A DNA stretch of 64,000 nt. It comes from an uncultured archaeon. GTDB taxonomy: Archaea; Halobacteriota; Archaeoglobi; Archaeoglobales; Archaeoglobaceae. Each line of letters opens with the position of its first letter. Position 1 is the first letter of the stretch. This document shows positions 26,751 to 36,498 of the stretch, one piece after another. The notes below the pieces were generated by a model. That model saw nothing but the letters and a program-made list of their open reading frames with translations. It was not told where the DNA came from and made no database searches. The stretch is taken from positions 6,886 to 70,885 of the forward strand of contig CAZUMR010000062.1 in assembly GCA_964622075.1 (NCBI GenBank). The letters are read 5' to 3'. The position numbers and the translations under genes are program-made.

Positions 26751-28193
26751 GTGTCCCCTGAGATTATAACAGAAGTTGTTACAGCACTTAAAGCCTCAAA
26801 GATTTTAATTAAGAATTATTTTTGTACATATAGAACAAATAAGCTGAGGTTCGTATTTCAGATTCTGATGTATCTTAACTTTCTGGCTGTTTTTCCACTC
26901 ATGTTTATTCCAAAAAAGTTGCTTGTAGAGATGTACCAGGAAACTGTTCCGGTTCTGCTGAGGTACGCAGGTGTTTCCTCCTTACACTCTCTCGTTTACA
27001 AATTTTCTCCTATACTGGCTTTCTTTATGTTCTTGTACCTTGCCATGTCTTCAGACAGCATAAATCTCAGCGAAAGAGAGCTCTTTTTCGCAATACACCC
27101 TCTATCCCTATTCGAAATACTGTTTGCAAGGATTGTGTTTCAGGGTTTTATCCTGATGTCACTAATGATCATCTACTTCGCCGTATTTTACCTTGCAACC
27201 TACATAGCAGGATGCTTTCTCTCACCCATTTTGGCTTACATCGTTCTTATTACGTTAATGCTTACTCTAGGAATGCTAATCGAGGCTGGAAAGTTACTTC
27301 GCCTGAGATGGGTCTGGATAGCATTTTCAGCCCTTTCAGTACTGGATTACCTTTCAAAGAAACTGACTGTTTCTCTCCTTGTTTATTATCCTCTTGTCTC
27401 CATACTTAACTCATACACAAACCTGAACGTTTTTCCAGCATTCTTCGAGTTTCTCGCAGTATTCGCATTCTTTTACTTTGTAACCAATAGAGCAAAACCT
27501 GAATTTGAAATTGTCAGCGAAAAGACGAGGAAAACAAAAGACTCCAGAGAAGTTAGGAGTGTTGTAAGGATAACCCCATTCAGAAAAGTTCTGGTGGAAC
27601 TTGAGAGAATGATACTGAAGTACGCACTTATTGGAATAATCGTTTCCACCATAGTAGCTTTCAGGTTTGGATACATTATAAGGGCGTACCTGAACGTTTA
27701 CTGGAGCAAAATGATGTTTCTCTACCTTATAATGTTCTCTTCAAGTATAGTGGAAGCTGCTGCTGCACAGGAAGCATCTTTACTGTGGTTTTACAGGGTT
27801 GCGTGTAATGAGAGAGCTTACGCAGTAAGCTCGGTTCTCAGAGGTACTCTGATCGTTCTATGCATAGCAATACCATACGCAATTCTTGTTTCTCCAGTCA
27901 TAGGAATCAAATCCATAAGTCTCGTTGCAGTTTCGCTGATTATTCCATCCTACTACTCTCTTGTCACAACTTACCTGTCCTCAAGGACTAAGATGAAGGT
28001 CACAAGACTTCTCCACACGAAGAGGGAGCTTGAAGACATCAGATTCGCTCTTATAATGTTTGAAATACTCATTCTTGTGTTGCTTGCAGCTGTATTGTTC
28101 CTGCTACCAGAACTTTCAGTGATCTTCCTGATCTCAGTCGTTCTGTTTATTCCGGTAATAGAGAGGTGTGCAAGGAATGTGGAGGTGGTGTAA
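26751..28193 (+). CDS. polytopic membrane protein, putative permease partner of the ABC ATPase
   Basis: 480 aa with about 12 hydrophobic segments. GTG start 24 nt after the ATPase stop. No family recognised. Confidence 0.5.
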   Translation: MSPEIITEVVTALKASKILIKNYFCTYRTNKLRFVFQILMYLNFLAVFPLMFIPKKLLVEMYQETVPVLLRYAGVSSLHSLVYKFSPILAFFMFLYLAMSSDSINLSERELFFAIHPLSLFEILFARIVFQGFILMSLMIIYFAVFYLATYIAGCFLSPILAYIVLITLMLTLGMLIEAGKLLRLRWVWIAFSALSVLDYLSKKLTVSLLVYYPLVSILNSYTNLNVFPAFFEFLAVFAFFYFVTNRAKPEFEIVSEKTRKTKDSREVRSVVRITPFRKVLVELERMILKYALIGIIVSTIVAFRFGYIIRAYLNVYWSKMMFLYLIMFSSSIVEAAAAQEASLLWFYRVACNERAYAVSSVLRGTLIVLCIAIPYAILVSPVIGIKSISLVAVSLIIPSYYSLVTTYLSSRTKMKVTRLLHTKRELEDIRFALIMFEILILVLLAAVLFLLPELSVIFLISVVLFIPVIERCARNVEVV

Positions 28194-28331
28194 CTCAAAA
28201 TCTTGCCACTTTTTGGCTGCTTTTACAGCCTTTTATATATTCGCATAAAAATTTCTCAGATACATCCTGGAGAGAGAAAAGATTATATATTGATTCCCTA
28301 TTCCTGCTGAAAAAATGGGAAAGGTGATGCA

Positions 28332-29783
28332 ATGTCTGAAGAGATAAATGAGGCAATAAAAATTCTTAAGGAGAACAACGTAAAGCAGGTGCTCTGCACT
28401 TTCTGTGATGTGAGGGGGTACATGCAGCAGTTCTCCATTCCCGCAAGGGAGTTTACGGATGGCAGTGGTTTTGATGGAATCGGTTTTGATGGATCTTCCA
28501 TCAGGGGATTCAAGACGATAGACCAGAGCGACATGGTCTGGAAGGCAGACCCGACGACAATAAAGATAATACCCTGGATTGACGATCCCGTTCAGAAGAC
28601 TGCCATAATGTTCGGAGACTGCTGTGAGGCATGGGGAGAGGAAGTGGCTGACTGCGATCCAAGAGGATTCGTAGCAAAGAACCTCCAGAAGAAGCTTGCA
28701 GACGAAGGAATGTCCGCAATCTTTGGTCCTGAAATCGAGTTCTTCGTATTCGATTCTGCAGATCCGACAAAGCTTGCTTACGACCTCTGGGTCTCTCCAA
28801 ACGGTGGAGATGGAGACAGCTGGGGTCCGCCAAGGGTAATGCCTGACAGCCCGGAGCTGACACCGGGTGGATTCGTTATAAGGCCAAAGGAGGGTTACTT
28901 CAGAGCCCCACCGGAGGACACAACTGTGGAATACAGGAACGAGCTTGTTGACAACCTTGAGAAGCTTGGTGTGTACATCGAATACCACCACCATGAAGTT
29001 GCTACCGCTGGACAGGTGGAGCTGGACTTCAAGCCAAAGCAGCTTGTCGAGGTTGGAGATGCGTTCTACCTCTACAAGTTCGCTGCAAAGAACATAGCTG
29101 CAATGTACGGCATGATTGCCACATTCATGCCAAAGCCACTGTATCTGGATAACGCGAGCGGTATGCACACACACCAGTCCCTCTGGAAGGGCGAGCCGTT
29201 CAAGGGAGAGGCACTCTTCGCAGATCCAGATGACGAGTTCATGCTCAGCCAGACCGGAAGGTATTACATCGGTGGTTTGCTTGAGCACGCAAAGGCTCTG
29301 ACAGCTCTCTGTGCACCAACAGTAAACTCCTACAAGAGGCTCGTGCCGGGATTTGAAGCACCAATATACATCTGCTGGAGCCCGAGAAACAGATCTGCCC
29401 TTGTAAGAGTTCCAATGTACCTCAAGAAGCCAGAGGCCATAAGGTGTGAGTACAGAGGTGCTGACCCGAGCTGCAACCCGTACCTCGCATTCTCAGCAAT
29501 GCTTGCTGCTGGACTTGACGGCATAAAGAAGAAGATCGATCCCGGCGATCCGCTGATGAAAGACGTTTACGAGCTGAGCGAGAAGGAGAAGAGGGAGTTT
29601 GGAGTTGGTGAGCTGCCAACAACCCTCAGGGACGCAATAGAGTGCCTGCAGAGCGATGAGGTTATACAGAAGGTTCTCGGAAGCCACATATACGACGCTT
29701 TCGTTGACATAAAGATAAACGAGTGGAACCAGTACTGCCTCTACGTAACTCCGTGGGAGTTTATGAAGTACCTTGACATCTAA
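28332..29783 (+). CDS. glnA: glutamine synthetase type I
   Basis: Full-length GS-I with FDGSSIRGF, the NASGMHTHQS region and KPEAIRCEYRGADPSCNPYL. Confidence 0.95.
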   Translation: MSEEINEAIKILKENNVKQVLCTFCDVRGYMQQFSIPAREFTDGSGFDGIGFDGSSIRGFKTIDQSDMVWKADPTTIKIIPWIDDPVQKTAIMFGDCCEAWGEEVADCDPRGFVAKNLQKKLADEGMSAIFGPEIEFFVFDSADPTKLAYDLWVSPNGGDGDSWGPPRVMPDSPELTPGGFVIRPKEGYFRAPPEDTTVEYRNELVDNLEKLGVYIEYHHHEVATAGQVELDFKPKQLVEVGDAFYLYKFAAKNIAAMYGMIATFMPKPLYLDNASGMHTHQSLWKGEPFKGEALFADPDDEFMLSQTGRYYIGGLLEHAKALTALCAPTVNSYKRLVPGFEAPIYICWSPRNRSALVRVPMYLKKPEAIRCEYRGADPSCNPYLAFSAMLAAGLDGIKKKIDPGDPLMKDVYELSEKEKREFGVGELPTTLRDAIECLQSDEVIQKVLGSHIYDAFVDIKINEWNQYCLYVTPWEFMKYLDI

Positions 29784-29999
29784 TCTTTTCTCTTTTTGTT
29801 TTTATGGATTCTGATTAAGTTTTATACTTGCATGCAGTTTATTTGTGCATGACTGTTGGTAGAAGATTGTTGGTAGAGGAGAGAGCAAAACATCAGGTTC
29901 TGACAGAAAAGTTTAAAAGGTGGCAATCGTACTATCTTAAGCCTTAAGCCTTGTGGCTTTTCTAGGATAGCCAGTCACTCACACCTTTCAGCAATTCGT

Positions 30000-30680
30000 A
30001 TGGAAAGAGGTGAAACGATGTTTGGAATGGAGGGTATGAACCAGATGTACGGGGACATGGTGTTCAAGGGAACGACGACTGTAGGACTGATATGTAGGGA
30101 TGGTGTCGTGCTCGCAACGGAGAAGAGGGCAACAATGGGAAACTACATAGCAAGCAGGAGAGCCAAGAAAATCTACCAGATCGCCGACAGGGTTGCCATG
30201 ACCACGGCTGGGAGTGTAGGAGATGCTCAGTTCCTTGCAAGACTCATAAAGGTAGAAAACAACCTCTACGAGATCAGGAAAGAGGAGAAGCCAACTGTCA
30301 GGGCAATAGCAACGATGATATCCAACCTTCTGAACTCTTACAGGTACTTCCCGTATCTCGTCCAGCTGCTCATAGGAGGCGTTGATAAGAGGGGACCAAG
30401 CATATACTCCATAGACCCGATTGGTGGTGCCATTGAGGAGAAGGACATAGTTGCCACCGGCTCTGGAAGTCCCACAGCTTACGGAGTTCTTGAGGACAGG
30501 TACAGCAGAGACATGAGCGTTGATGAGGGTGTGGAGATAGCTGTTAGAGCCATAGCATCCGCCATGAAGAGAGACTCCGCCTCGGGTGATGGTATAGATG
30601 TTGTTAAGATTACGGAAAAGGAGTACGTTCAGCTTGAAGCTGAAGAGGTTGATGAGATAATCAGGAAGTTCAGAAAGTAA
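30000..30680 (+). CDS. psmB: proteasome subunit beta
   Basis: Propeptide followed by the GTTTVG active-site threonine. The start may be the ATG at 30018. Confidence 0.9.
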   Translation: MERGETMFGMEGMNQMYGDMVFKGTTTVGLICRDGVVLATEKRATMGNYIASRRAKKIYQIADRVAMTTAGSVGDAQFLARLIKVENNLYEIRKEEKPTVRAIATMISNLLNSYRYFPYLVQLLIGGVDKRGPSIYSIDPIGGAIEEKDIVATGSGSPTAYGVLEDRYSRDMSVDEGVEIAVRAIASAMKRDSASGDGIDVVKITEKEYVQLEAEEVDEIIRKFRK

Positions 30681-30745
30681 CTTTCTGTTCTGTTTTTGCT
30701 TTTTGAAATAATTCCAGTTCTTACTCTGGAGCAGAGGGTGATGCG

Positions 30746-32650
30746 ATGCCGAGTAGACTCGATGAGCTAAAGAAGAAAGTAAAGGCTCTGATTCCAAAAA
30801 ATGTCAAGGTGAAGAACGTTGACATAGAGGGGCCGGTTGTAGTCATTTACGTCGAAAATCCTCAGGAATTCGCTGAGAGTGGAGACATAATAAAGATGCT
30901 CGCAAAGGATCTGAGAAAGAGAATAACCGTGAGGCCAGATCCAAAGAGCTTGAAGCCACCGGAAGAGGCAAAGGAGATAATAAAGCAGATAGTTCCGGAA
31001 GATGCAAAGATAACGAACTTCTTCTTTGATGAGGAAAATGGAGAGGTCATAATAGAAGCAGAGAAACCGGGAGTCGTAATTGGAAAGCAGGGTTCAACTC
31101 TCAGGGAAATAATGAAGGCAGTTGGCTGGAGTCCAAAGCCAGTAAGAACTCCTCCGATAAAGTCCAAGACTATAGAGGACATAAGAAACTATCTGCTCAG
31201 TGTAAAAGAGGAGAGAAGGAAAATTCTGAGAAAAATTGGTGAAAGAATACACAGGGGATGCCTGTATGATGACAAGTGGGTCAGAGTTACGTTTCTTGGA
31301 GGGGCGAGAGAAGTTGGAAGAAGCTGTTACCTCCTTAACACGCCTGAGAGCAGGATAATGATTGACTGTGGTGTAAATGTCAGCAACATTCAGATGTCCC
31401 CGTACTTCTACGTGCCGGAAGTTCAGCCTTTGAGTGACATAGATGCCATAGTTATAACCCACGCTCACCTTGACCACTGCGGGCTTGTGCCCCTGCTTTA
31501 CAGGTACGGTTACAAGGGGCCAATATACCTTACAGCCCCAACGAGAGATCTGATGGTTCTGCTTCAGAAGGACTTCATAGAGGTGTCCGAGAGGGAAGGT
31601 ATAAAGCCACCTTATGGGAGCAGAGACATAAGAGAGGCTTTGAAGCACACGATAACCCTCGATTACGGAGTGGTTACGGACATAAGTCCTGATGTTAGGC
31701 TGACATTTTACAACGCCGGACACATTCTCGGTTCTGCAATTGCGCACTTCCACGTTGGTGAGGGGCTGTATAACATAGCGTTCACGGGTGACTTCAAGTT
31801 CGAGAGAACGAGGCTGTTTGATAAGGCTTCCACAAACTTTCCTCGCCTGGAAGCGCTGGTTATGGAGGCTACATACGGTGGAAGTCAGGACGTTCAGCCT
31901 TCAAGAAAGGAGGCTGAGGAGAGGCTCATAGCAGTGATAAACGAGACCATAAAAAGAGGAGGAAAGGTTCTCATACCGACTTTCGCCGTCGGTAGAAGTC
32001 AGGAAGTCATGATAGTTCTGGAAGAGGCCATAAGGGAAAAGAAGCTTGAAAGAGAGGTAACTGTTTATCTTGACGGAATGATTCACGAGGCCACTGCAAT
32101 CCACACCGCATATCCAGAATACCTGAACTCGCACCTCAGAGATCTGATATTCCATCAGGGCCTGAATCCGTTCATAAGTGACAGCTTCGTAAACGTAGAC
32201 TCTCAGAGCAAGAGAGAGGAAGTAATAAACGATCCATCTCCCTCAGTCATACTTGCCACATCGGGAATGCTGAACGGCGGGCCAGTAATGGAATACTTCA
32301 GATTTCTTGCTGAAGATGAGAGAAACACGATAATATTCGTTGGTTATCAGGCTGAGGGTACGCTTGGCAGGAGGATACAGAAAGGATGGAAGGAAGTTCC
32401 CTTTAACGTCGATGGGAGGAGGGAAGTTGTTAAGGTGAACATGCAGGTGGAGACTGTTGATGGATTCTCAGGCCATTCTGACAGGAGACAGCTTATGGGA
32501 TACGTTAAAGCTCTGAGCTCAAAGCCGGAGAAGGTCGTTACCATACATGGTGAGGAGAGCAAGTGCGTTGACCTCGCTTCAAGCATATACAAGGCCTACA
32601 GAATAGAAACGAGAGCACCACACAACCTTGAAACTATTAGGTTTATCTGA
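30746..32650 (+). CDS. fttA: aCPSF1 / FttA beta-CASP ribonuclease with N-terminal KH domains
   Basis: Two KH-like segments, the metallo-beta-lactamase motif HAHLDHCG, and a beta-CASP C-terminal region. 634 aa. Confidence 0.9.
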   Translation: MPSRLDELKKKVKALIPKNVKVKNVDIEGPVVVIYVENPQEFAESGDIIKMLAKDLRKRITVRPDPKSLKPPEEAKEIIKQIVPEDAKITNFFFDEENGEVIIEAEKPGVVIGKQGSTLREIMKAVGWSPKPVRTPPIKSKTIEDIRNYLLSVKEERRKILRKIGERIHRGCLYDDKWVRVTFLGGAREVGRSCYLLNTPESRIMIDCGVNVSNIQMSPYFYVPEVQPLSDIDAIVITHAHLDHCGLVPLLYRYGYKGPIYLTAPTRDLMVLLQKDFIEVSEREGIKPPYGSRDIREALKHTITLDYGVVTDISPDVRLTFYNAGHILGSAIAHFHVGEGLYNIAFTGDFKFERTRLFDKASTNFPRLEALVMEATYGGSQDVQPSRKEAEERLIAVINETIKRGGKVLIPTFAVGRSQEVMIVLEEAIREKKLEREVTVYLDGMIHEATAIHTAYPEYLNSHLRDLIFHQGLNPFISDSFVNVDSQSKREEVINDPSPSVILATSGMLNGGPVMEYFRFLAEDERNTIIFVGYQAEGTLGRRIQKGWKEVPFNVDGRREVVKVNMQVETVDGFSGHSDRRQLMGYVKALSSKPEKVVTIHGEESKCVDLASSIYKAYRIETRAPHNLETIRFI

Positions 32651-32739
32651 TTTTTAGTTTTACAGCTGACAGCTGAATGTGGAGAGTGCAGAGGGTAAAT
32701 GCTGAGGGTAATGATGGGGTAATGATGCAGAGTGGTGGG

Positions 32740-33198
32740 ATGGTTAGAGTTCTGGCAGTATCGGGTAACTCAAACACAGGAAAGACGACTCTGCTGGAAG
32801 CCTTAGTCAGGGAGATGAAGAAAAGAGGACTTAAAGTGTTCGTTGTCAAGCATGGCAGGCACTTCAGCTGGTCTGGAGGCAATGGGAGCAAGGATACGGA
32901 GAGACTCTGGAATTCAGGGGCGGAAGTAGCCTTTCTTTCTGAGGGTTTCACGTACATCGCTCTGAGGAGAGAATTTGAGCTGGAGGAGTTCGTAGAATTG
33001 ATAAGCGAGATATGCGGCGTGGATGTTATTTTGCTGGAGGGTTTCAGAAAAAAGAAGGTGAGAAAAATAGTAATTCTCGATGAAAAATCGAGGGTTGAAG
33101 ATTTTGAAGGGGAAATTCTGATGGTTCTGAGGAAGGAGGACGTTCTCTCGGGGAGGGTTGATGCGGGCAAAATCGTAGATAGGATTCTTCGAGGGTAA
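32740..33198 (+). CDS. mobB: molybdopterin-guanine dinucleotide biosynthesis adaptor MobB
   Basis: P-loop SGNSNTGKTTL and VKH motif. I prefer the ATG at 32740 (MVRVLAVSG) over the track start at 32677. Confidence 0.75.
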   Translation: MVRVLAVSGNSNTGKTTLLEALVREMKKRGLKVFVVKHGRHFSWSGGNGSKDTERLWNSGAEVAFLSEGFTYIALRREFELEEFVELISEICGVDVILLEGFRKKKVRKIVILDEKSRVEDFEGEILMVLRKEDVLSGRVDAGKIVDRILRG

Positions 33199-33233
33199 AT
33201 TTAATATTGCTCGTGTTTGAGTTGGCTTAGAGT

Positions 33234-33306
33234 GCCGCCGTGGCTTAGCTGGCAGAGCGGGTGATTCGTAATCACCAGGTCCCGGGTTCAAATCCCGGCG
33301 GCGGCT
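33234..33306 (+). tRNA. tRNA-Thr (anticodon CGU)
   Basis: Manual cloverleaf: acceptor gccgccg/cggcggc, anticodon stem ggtga/tcacc, loop ttCGTaa, T arm ccggg-ttcaaat-cccgg. Confidence 0.9.
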
Positions 33307-33371
33307 TGGTTTTTGATTTTTGTCAACAAAATTTTGTTAATAAATTGATTTCATCAAAATAAAATACTTGT

Positions 33372-33875
33372 TTACCGACCTTTCTTATTTGATGGAAGCC
33401 CCATAATTCCTGTAGTTTTATCGAGCCATCTGACAGCCCATACAAAGTCCCTCATCTTTGCACAGAATTTCGCTTTGAGAACATCGAGGTCTACCTCCCT
33501 ATCAGCAGGATGCTTTTTCTGTGACATCAGGCATTCTTCAATCCTGTGAGCCAGCCTGTGTATTTCTTCGTCAAGACTTCTTACATTACTCAGAATATTT
33601 TCGGGTAGAACAGGTTTTGGCTGAGGCGTTGCAATCTCCACACCCCTTTCCTCCAGCGTTTTGAGAATTTCCTCACCCTCTCTGTCTGAAAATTTGTACT
33701 TCTCAATCAAATAAAGAATTGCTTGACTTGCGTTGGTTAGCTTGAATATCCTGTTCCAGCTAACCCTCACCTGCCACCTGAACATCCCATTCCAGGCGTT
33801 GGGCTCTATAAGCCCGGCATCTGTTTCTGCTGTAAATGGGCCGTAAAGAATATCGAGACCGGTGTTATGGCTCAA
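33372..33875 (-). CDS. hypothetical protein, 167 aa
   Basis: ORF with a TTG start (first ATG at 33785). No recognisable family. Lies in the tRNA-flanked islet. Confidence 0.4.
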   Translation of the reverse strand: MSHNTGLDILYGPFTAETDAGLIEPNAWNGMFRWQVRVSWNRIFKLTNASQAILYLIEKYKFSDREGEEILKTLEERGVEIATPQPKPVLPENILSNVRSLDEEIHRLAHRIEECLMSQKKHPADREVDLDVLKAKFCAKMRDFVWAVRWLDKTTGIMGLPSNKKGR

Positions 33876-34020
33876 TTCACACCATGCTATCTGTTCGGTG
33901 ATGAACTTCAGTTTAAGAAGGGGGATTACCCTGAAAGGTTGCTTGCAGTCTATTTCTACTCGGCAAAGTTTTAAATTTTCTTAATATGGATAGAGAAGCT
34001 AAAAGTAATAAAAAGGAGAG

Positions 34021-34257
34021 TTGAAAAGACTGAACAGCAGGATAGAGCTTATAGAAGCGGTGTTAATTCAGGAGGAAGAGGTTAGCGAAGAAGAAATTGA
34101 AGAACTCGACAGACTTGCTAATGAGATGAGAAAAGATGGTTCCATGGAAAAACTTAAAGCTGAGCTTGATTTATCTGAGTTCTTGACCATACAAGGGTTG
34201 CAAAAGCGATTAAGGATTTGCCAAAAGCCCACAGGGTCAGACTGTCTGAATTTATAG
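34021..34257 (+). CDS. small acidic ORF, possible antitoxin partner of the decayed RelE-like gene
   Basis: TTG start and an acidic helical sequence. It runs into the toxin remnant in another frame. The call is positional only. Confidence 0.3.
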   Translation: MKRLNSRIELIEAVLIQEEEVSEEEIEELDRLANEMRKDGSMEKLKAELDLSEFLTIQGLQKRLRICQKPTGSDCLNL

Positions 34258-34502
34258 ATGCTTATAGATGCTCTTAAGAATAATCTCATTTCCTTCAAAA
34301 AAATTTGATATAAAAAAAGCTTAAAGGGCAGAAAGATAGATTTAGGGTTCGCCTGGGTGATTTCAGGTTGATTTACGAAGTTGACAATAAAGAGAGGCTC
34401 GTTATGCTTTTGAAGGATAGAGAAGGAAGCAAGAAAAGTGAAGGAGTGTACAAAAAAATGCACGAGAAATTAATGAAAATTCTGACGAGGTATGACGGAT
34501 GA
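34179..34502 (+). pseudogene. RelE/ParE-family toxin gene disrupted by three frameshifting lesions
   Basis: Conceptual repair gives ...AIKDLPKAHRVRLSEFIDALKNNLISFKKFDIKKLKGQKDRFRVRLGDFRLIYEVDNKERLVMLLKDREG...VY. The lesions are a 10-bp tandem duplication (34253-34272) and two A7 runs (34297-34303, 34312-34318). Confidence 0.7.
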
Positions 34503-35200
34503 ACACTATTGAGCTTGATAATGTTGAAATCCCCTACATCGTTGACTACCGCAATGTAAAATACATGAGGCTTGAAATAAGGCCAGATGGCAGTCTGCTT
34601 GTTGTAATGCCCAGAAAATCTACGATTAAGCCAATTGATTTCATAATGAACAAGAAAGACTGGATTTTAAGGAAATTCAGAGAGATTGATAATTATAAGA
34701 AATTTTCCGACAGTAACAAACTCTTGCTTTATGGTAAATTCTACGATTTTGAAGCTAAGAATGGAAGATACGGCGTAAACCTCACAGATGATAGAATAAT
34801 GGTCTCAATTCCGCGCGGGATAGATCCATACGTTTATCTCAGAAACTGGATCAAAGAAGATCTCAGAAAGAAGCTTGAAGAATATATCAGTAAATATTCC
34901 TCTCAAATGAACGTTAGCTTCAACAGATTCTTTATCAAGACACAAAGAAGCAGATGGGGCAGCTGTTCTGCAAGGAAAAACCTGAACTTCAACATCAAGC
35001 TTGCTGCTCTGCCTGATGGGTTGATTGAATATGTGGTTGTGCATGAGCTGGCCCATTTAATTGAAAGAGGACACAGTAAACATTTCTGGAAAATTGTTTC
35101 CAGATTCTGCCCGGAGTACAAGGAGAGAGAAAAGGCACTTGCCAGATACTGGTATATAATTCATAACAACAGGATCTGGTGCAGATTGATTGAAATCTGA
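34499..35200 (+). CDS. DUF45/YgjP-like (M48-type) metal-dependent hydrolase
   Basis: HELAHLIERGHSKHFW zinc motif near the C-terminus. The ATGA overlaps the toxin-remnant stop. Visibly AT-rich. Confidence 0.7.
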   Translation: MNTIELDNVEIPYIVDYRNVKYMRLEIRPDGSLLVVMPRKSTIKPIDFIMNKKDWILRKFREIDNYKKFSDSNKLLLYGKFYDFEAKNGRYGVNLTDDRIMVSIPRGIDPYVYLRNWIKEDLRKKLEEYISKYSSQMNVSFNRFFIKTQRSRWGSCSARKNLNFNIKLAALPDGLIEYVVVHELAHLIERGHSKHFWKIVSRFCPEYKEREKALARYWYIIHNNRIWCRLIEI

Positions 35201-35236
35201 GTTGTTTATGAAATCATTTTAAAGAGAAGTTAACAG

Positions 35237-35317
35237 CGCCGGGGGTGGGATTCGAACCCACGCGGGCAGAGCCCACACGCTCTCCAGGCGTGCGCCTTAC
35301 CACTCGGCAACCCCGGC
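35237..35317 (-). tRNA. tRNA-Ser (anticodon GGA)
   Basis: Manual cloverleaf on the minus strand: acceptor gccgggg/ccccggc, loop ctGGAga, long variable arm tgggctctgcccgc, T arm gtggg-ttcgaat-cccac. Confidence 0.85.
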
Positions 35318-35421
35318 CTGCAACTAACTCGAATTTTGCTTTATTTAACTTTAGCCCTCACCCTTGGCCCTCACTTACTCAAAATATTTAAAAAATTTTT
35401 ATTTGAATAACTTCCTTCAAA

Positions 35422-36498
35422 TTACCTTATGCGCCTCAGGACAGCTACGGCTATAATACCAGCTATGCCTGCAATTAACCCGAATCCGGGAGTTTTCGTA
35501 CCCCTGACTGTCTCTGTTAGATTTCCGGTCATGTTCGTTTTCTTACCTGTTTTTTCAGTTTTTTCACCAGCCCTGTTCTCGCTGGCATTGCTCTTTACCT
35601 TGCTCTCCTTGCCTATCTTCCCCTTGATTTTTCCTGTCGTGTTATTGCTACTGTTTATCATCTCACTCACATTTTTCTTGCTGCTCATTGTTGAATTCAT
35701 GCTTGCATTTCCCGCTTTACTCGATTCTGATGTGGTGTTTATGCTGACTTTAACGGGAACAACGTTAAAGCTCAGCGTTCCTGTAACTCCCATGGCCCTT
35801 ACCTTAACCTCACACCTGCCGATTCCTATTTTCTCAGTTGGTATGTTCAGCATCCATGTATTGCCATTTGCTCCACCAAGCACTCTGGAGTAGTGCAGTG
35901 TATGCTGTCCGAGCACATCCACGCTAACGTTTGTTGTTCCATAAAGTCCGACCACCTGTATTTTCAGCCTTGCACAGTCTCCAATGGTTATATTCCTGCT
36001 TGGATTCATCAGAGCAACGATGAGTTTTGGATTGCCCGTTATCTTTATGACGTGAGCTCCCGCGTTAGTCGGTGCAGCAGCGTTGCTTATATCCCACGTG
36101 GGTAGCCCATCTGTCCCAACTATGACTATTTTCCAGTAACCCGGATAAAGGTTCGAAATCGTAAACTCCTTTGTTACTTCTCCGGTATTCAGACTTCCGA
36201 TTACCCTCTCCGTACCATCGTAAACGTTCACGAGCTTTACGATTACACCGCCTTTGGAGCTCTCGTAGTTCGTTACCTGCACTTTAAAACTCGTCCCCGC
36301 TCCGTAAATTATGACGTTAGGATTTCCGGTCTGATATGCAAGTGGGACTGTGAGGAACTGAACCTCATAAATGGGTTTCTTTGTTGTGCGGTTATAGTAG
36401 ATTAAATCTATATTTCCGGCATTCAGTGCTGCCGTTAGCGTAACTGCCAGCAGCAGTATTAAAGCTGATATGGCAACGATTCTGTACCTCATACCCAC
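35422..36498 (-). CDS. secreted surface protein with PGF-CTERM archaeosortase sorting signal
   Basis: N-terminal signal peptide, a beta-rich body, an S/T/N/K-rich linker with sequons, and a C-terminal PGFGLIAGIAGIIAVAVLRRIR. Confidence 0.7.
   Translation of the reverse strand: MGMRYRIVAISALILLLAVTLTAALNAGNIDLIYYNRTTKKPIYEVQFLTVPLAYQTGNPNVIIYGAGTSFKVQVTNYESSKGGVIVKLVNVYDGTERVIGSLNTGEVTKEFTISNLYPGYWKIVIVGTDGLPTWDISNAAAPTNAGAHVIKITGNPKLIVALMNPSRNITIGDCARLKIQVVGLYGTTNVSVDVLGQHTLHYSRVLGGANGNTWMLNIPTEKIGIGRCEVKVRAMGVTGTLSFNVVPVKVSINTTSESSKAGNASMNSTMSSKKNVSEMINSSNNTTGKIKGKIGKESKVKSNASENRAGEKTEKTGKKTNMTGNLTETVRGTKTPGFGLIAGIAGIIAVAVLRRIR

Noticed and set aside
28233-28331. Search for an NrpR-type GGAA-N6-TTCC operator upstream of glnA
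   Set aside because: Two TATA-like elements are present, but I could not find the inverted-repeat operator with correct spacing.
28233-29288. 351-aa ORF on the minus strand (plus several shorter ones) overlapping glnA
   Set aside because: It is antisense to an unmistakable full-length glutamine synthetase. Its low-complexity, Cys/His/Leu-rich translation is typical of shadow ORFs.
31094-31753. 219-aa minus-strand ORF inside the aCPSF1 gene. Similar antisense ORFs occur at 2971-3510, 12371-12841, 38236-38853 and 46666-47121.
   Set aside because: All lie opposite strongly supported genes and have no recognisable motifs or ribosome-binding sites.
33876-33980. The open reading frame of the 167-aa hypothetical continues 35 codons upstream without ATG/GTG/TTG, suggesting a 5'-truncated gene
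   Set aside because: A TATA-like AAAATTTAAAAC sits at the very start of that open stretch. The region is more simply the promoter and leader of a gene starting at TTG 33875 or ATG 33785. Truncation cannot be supported.
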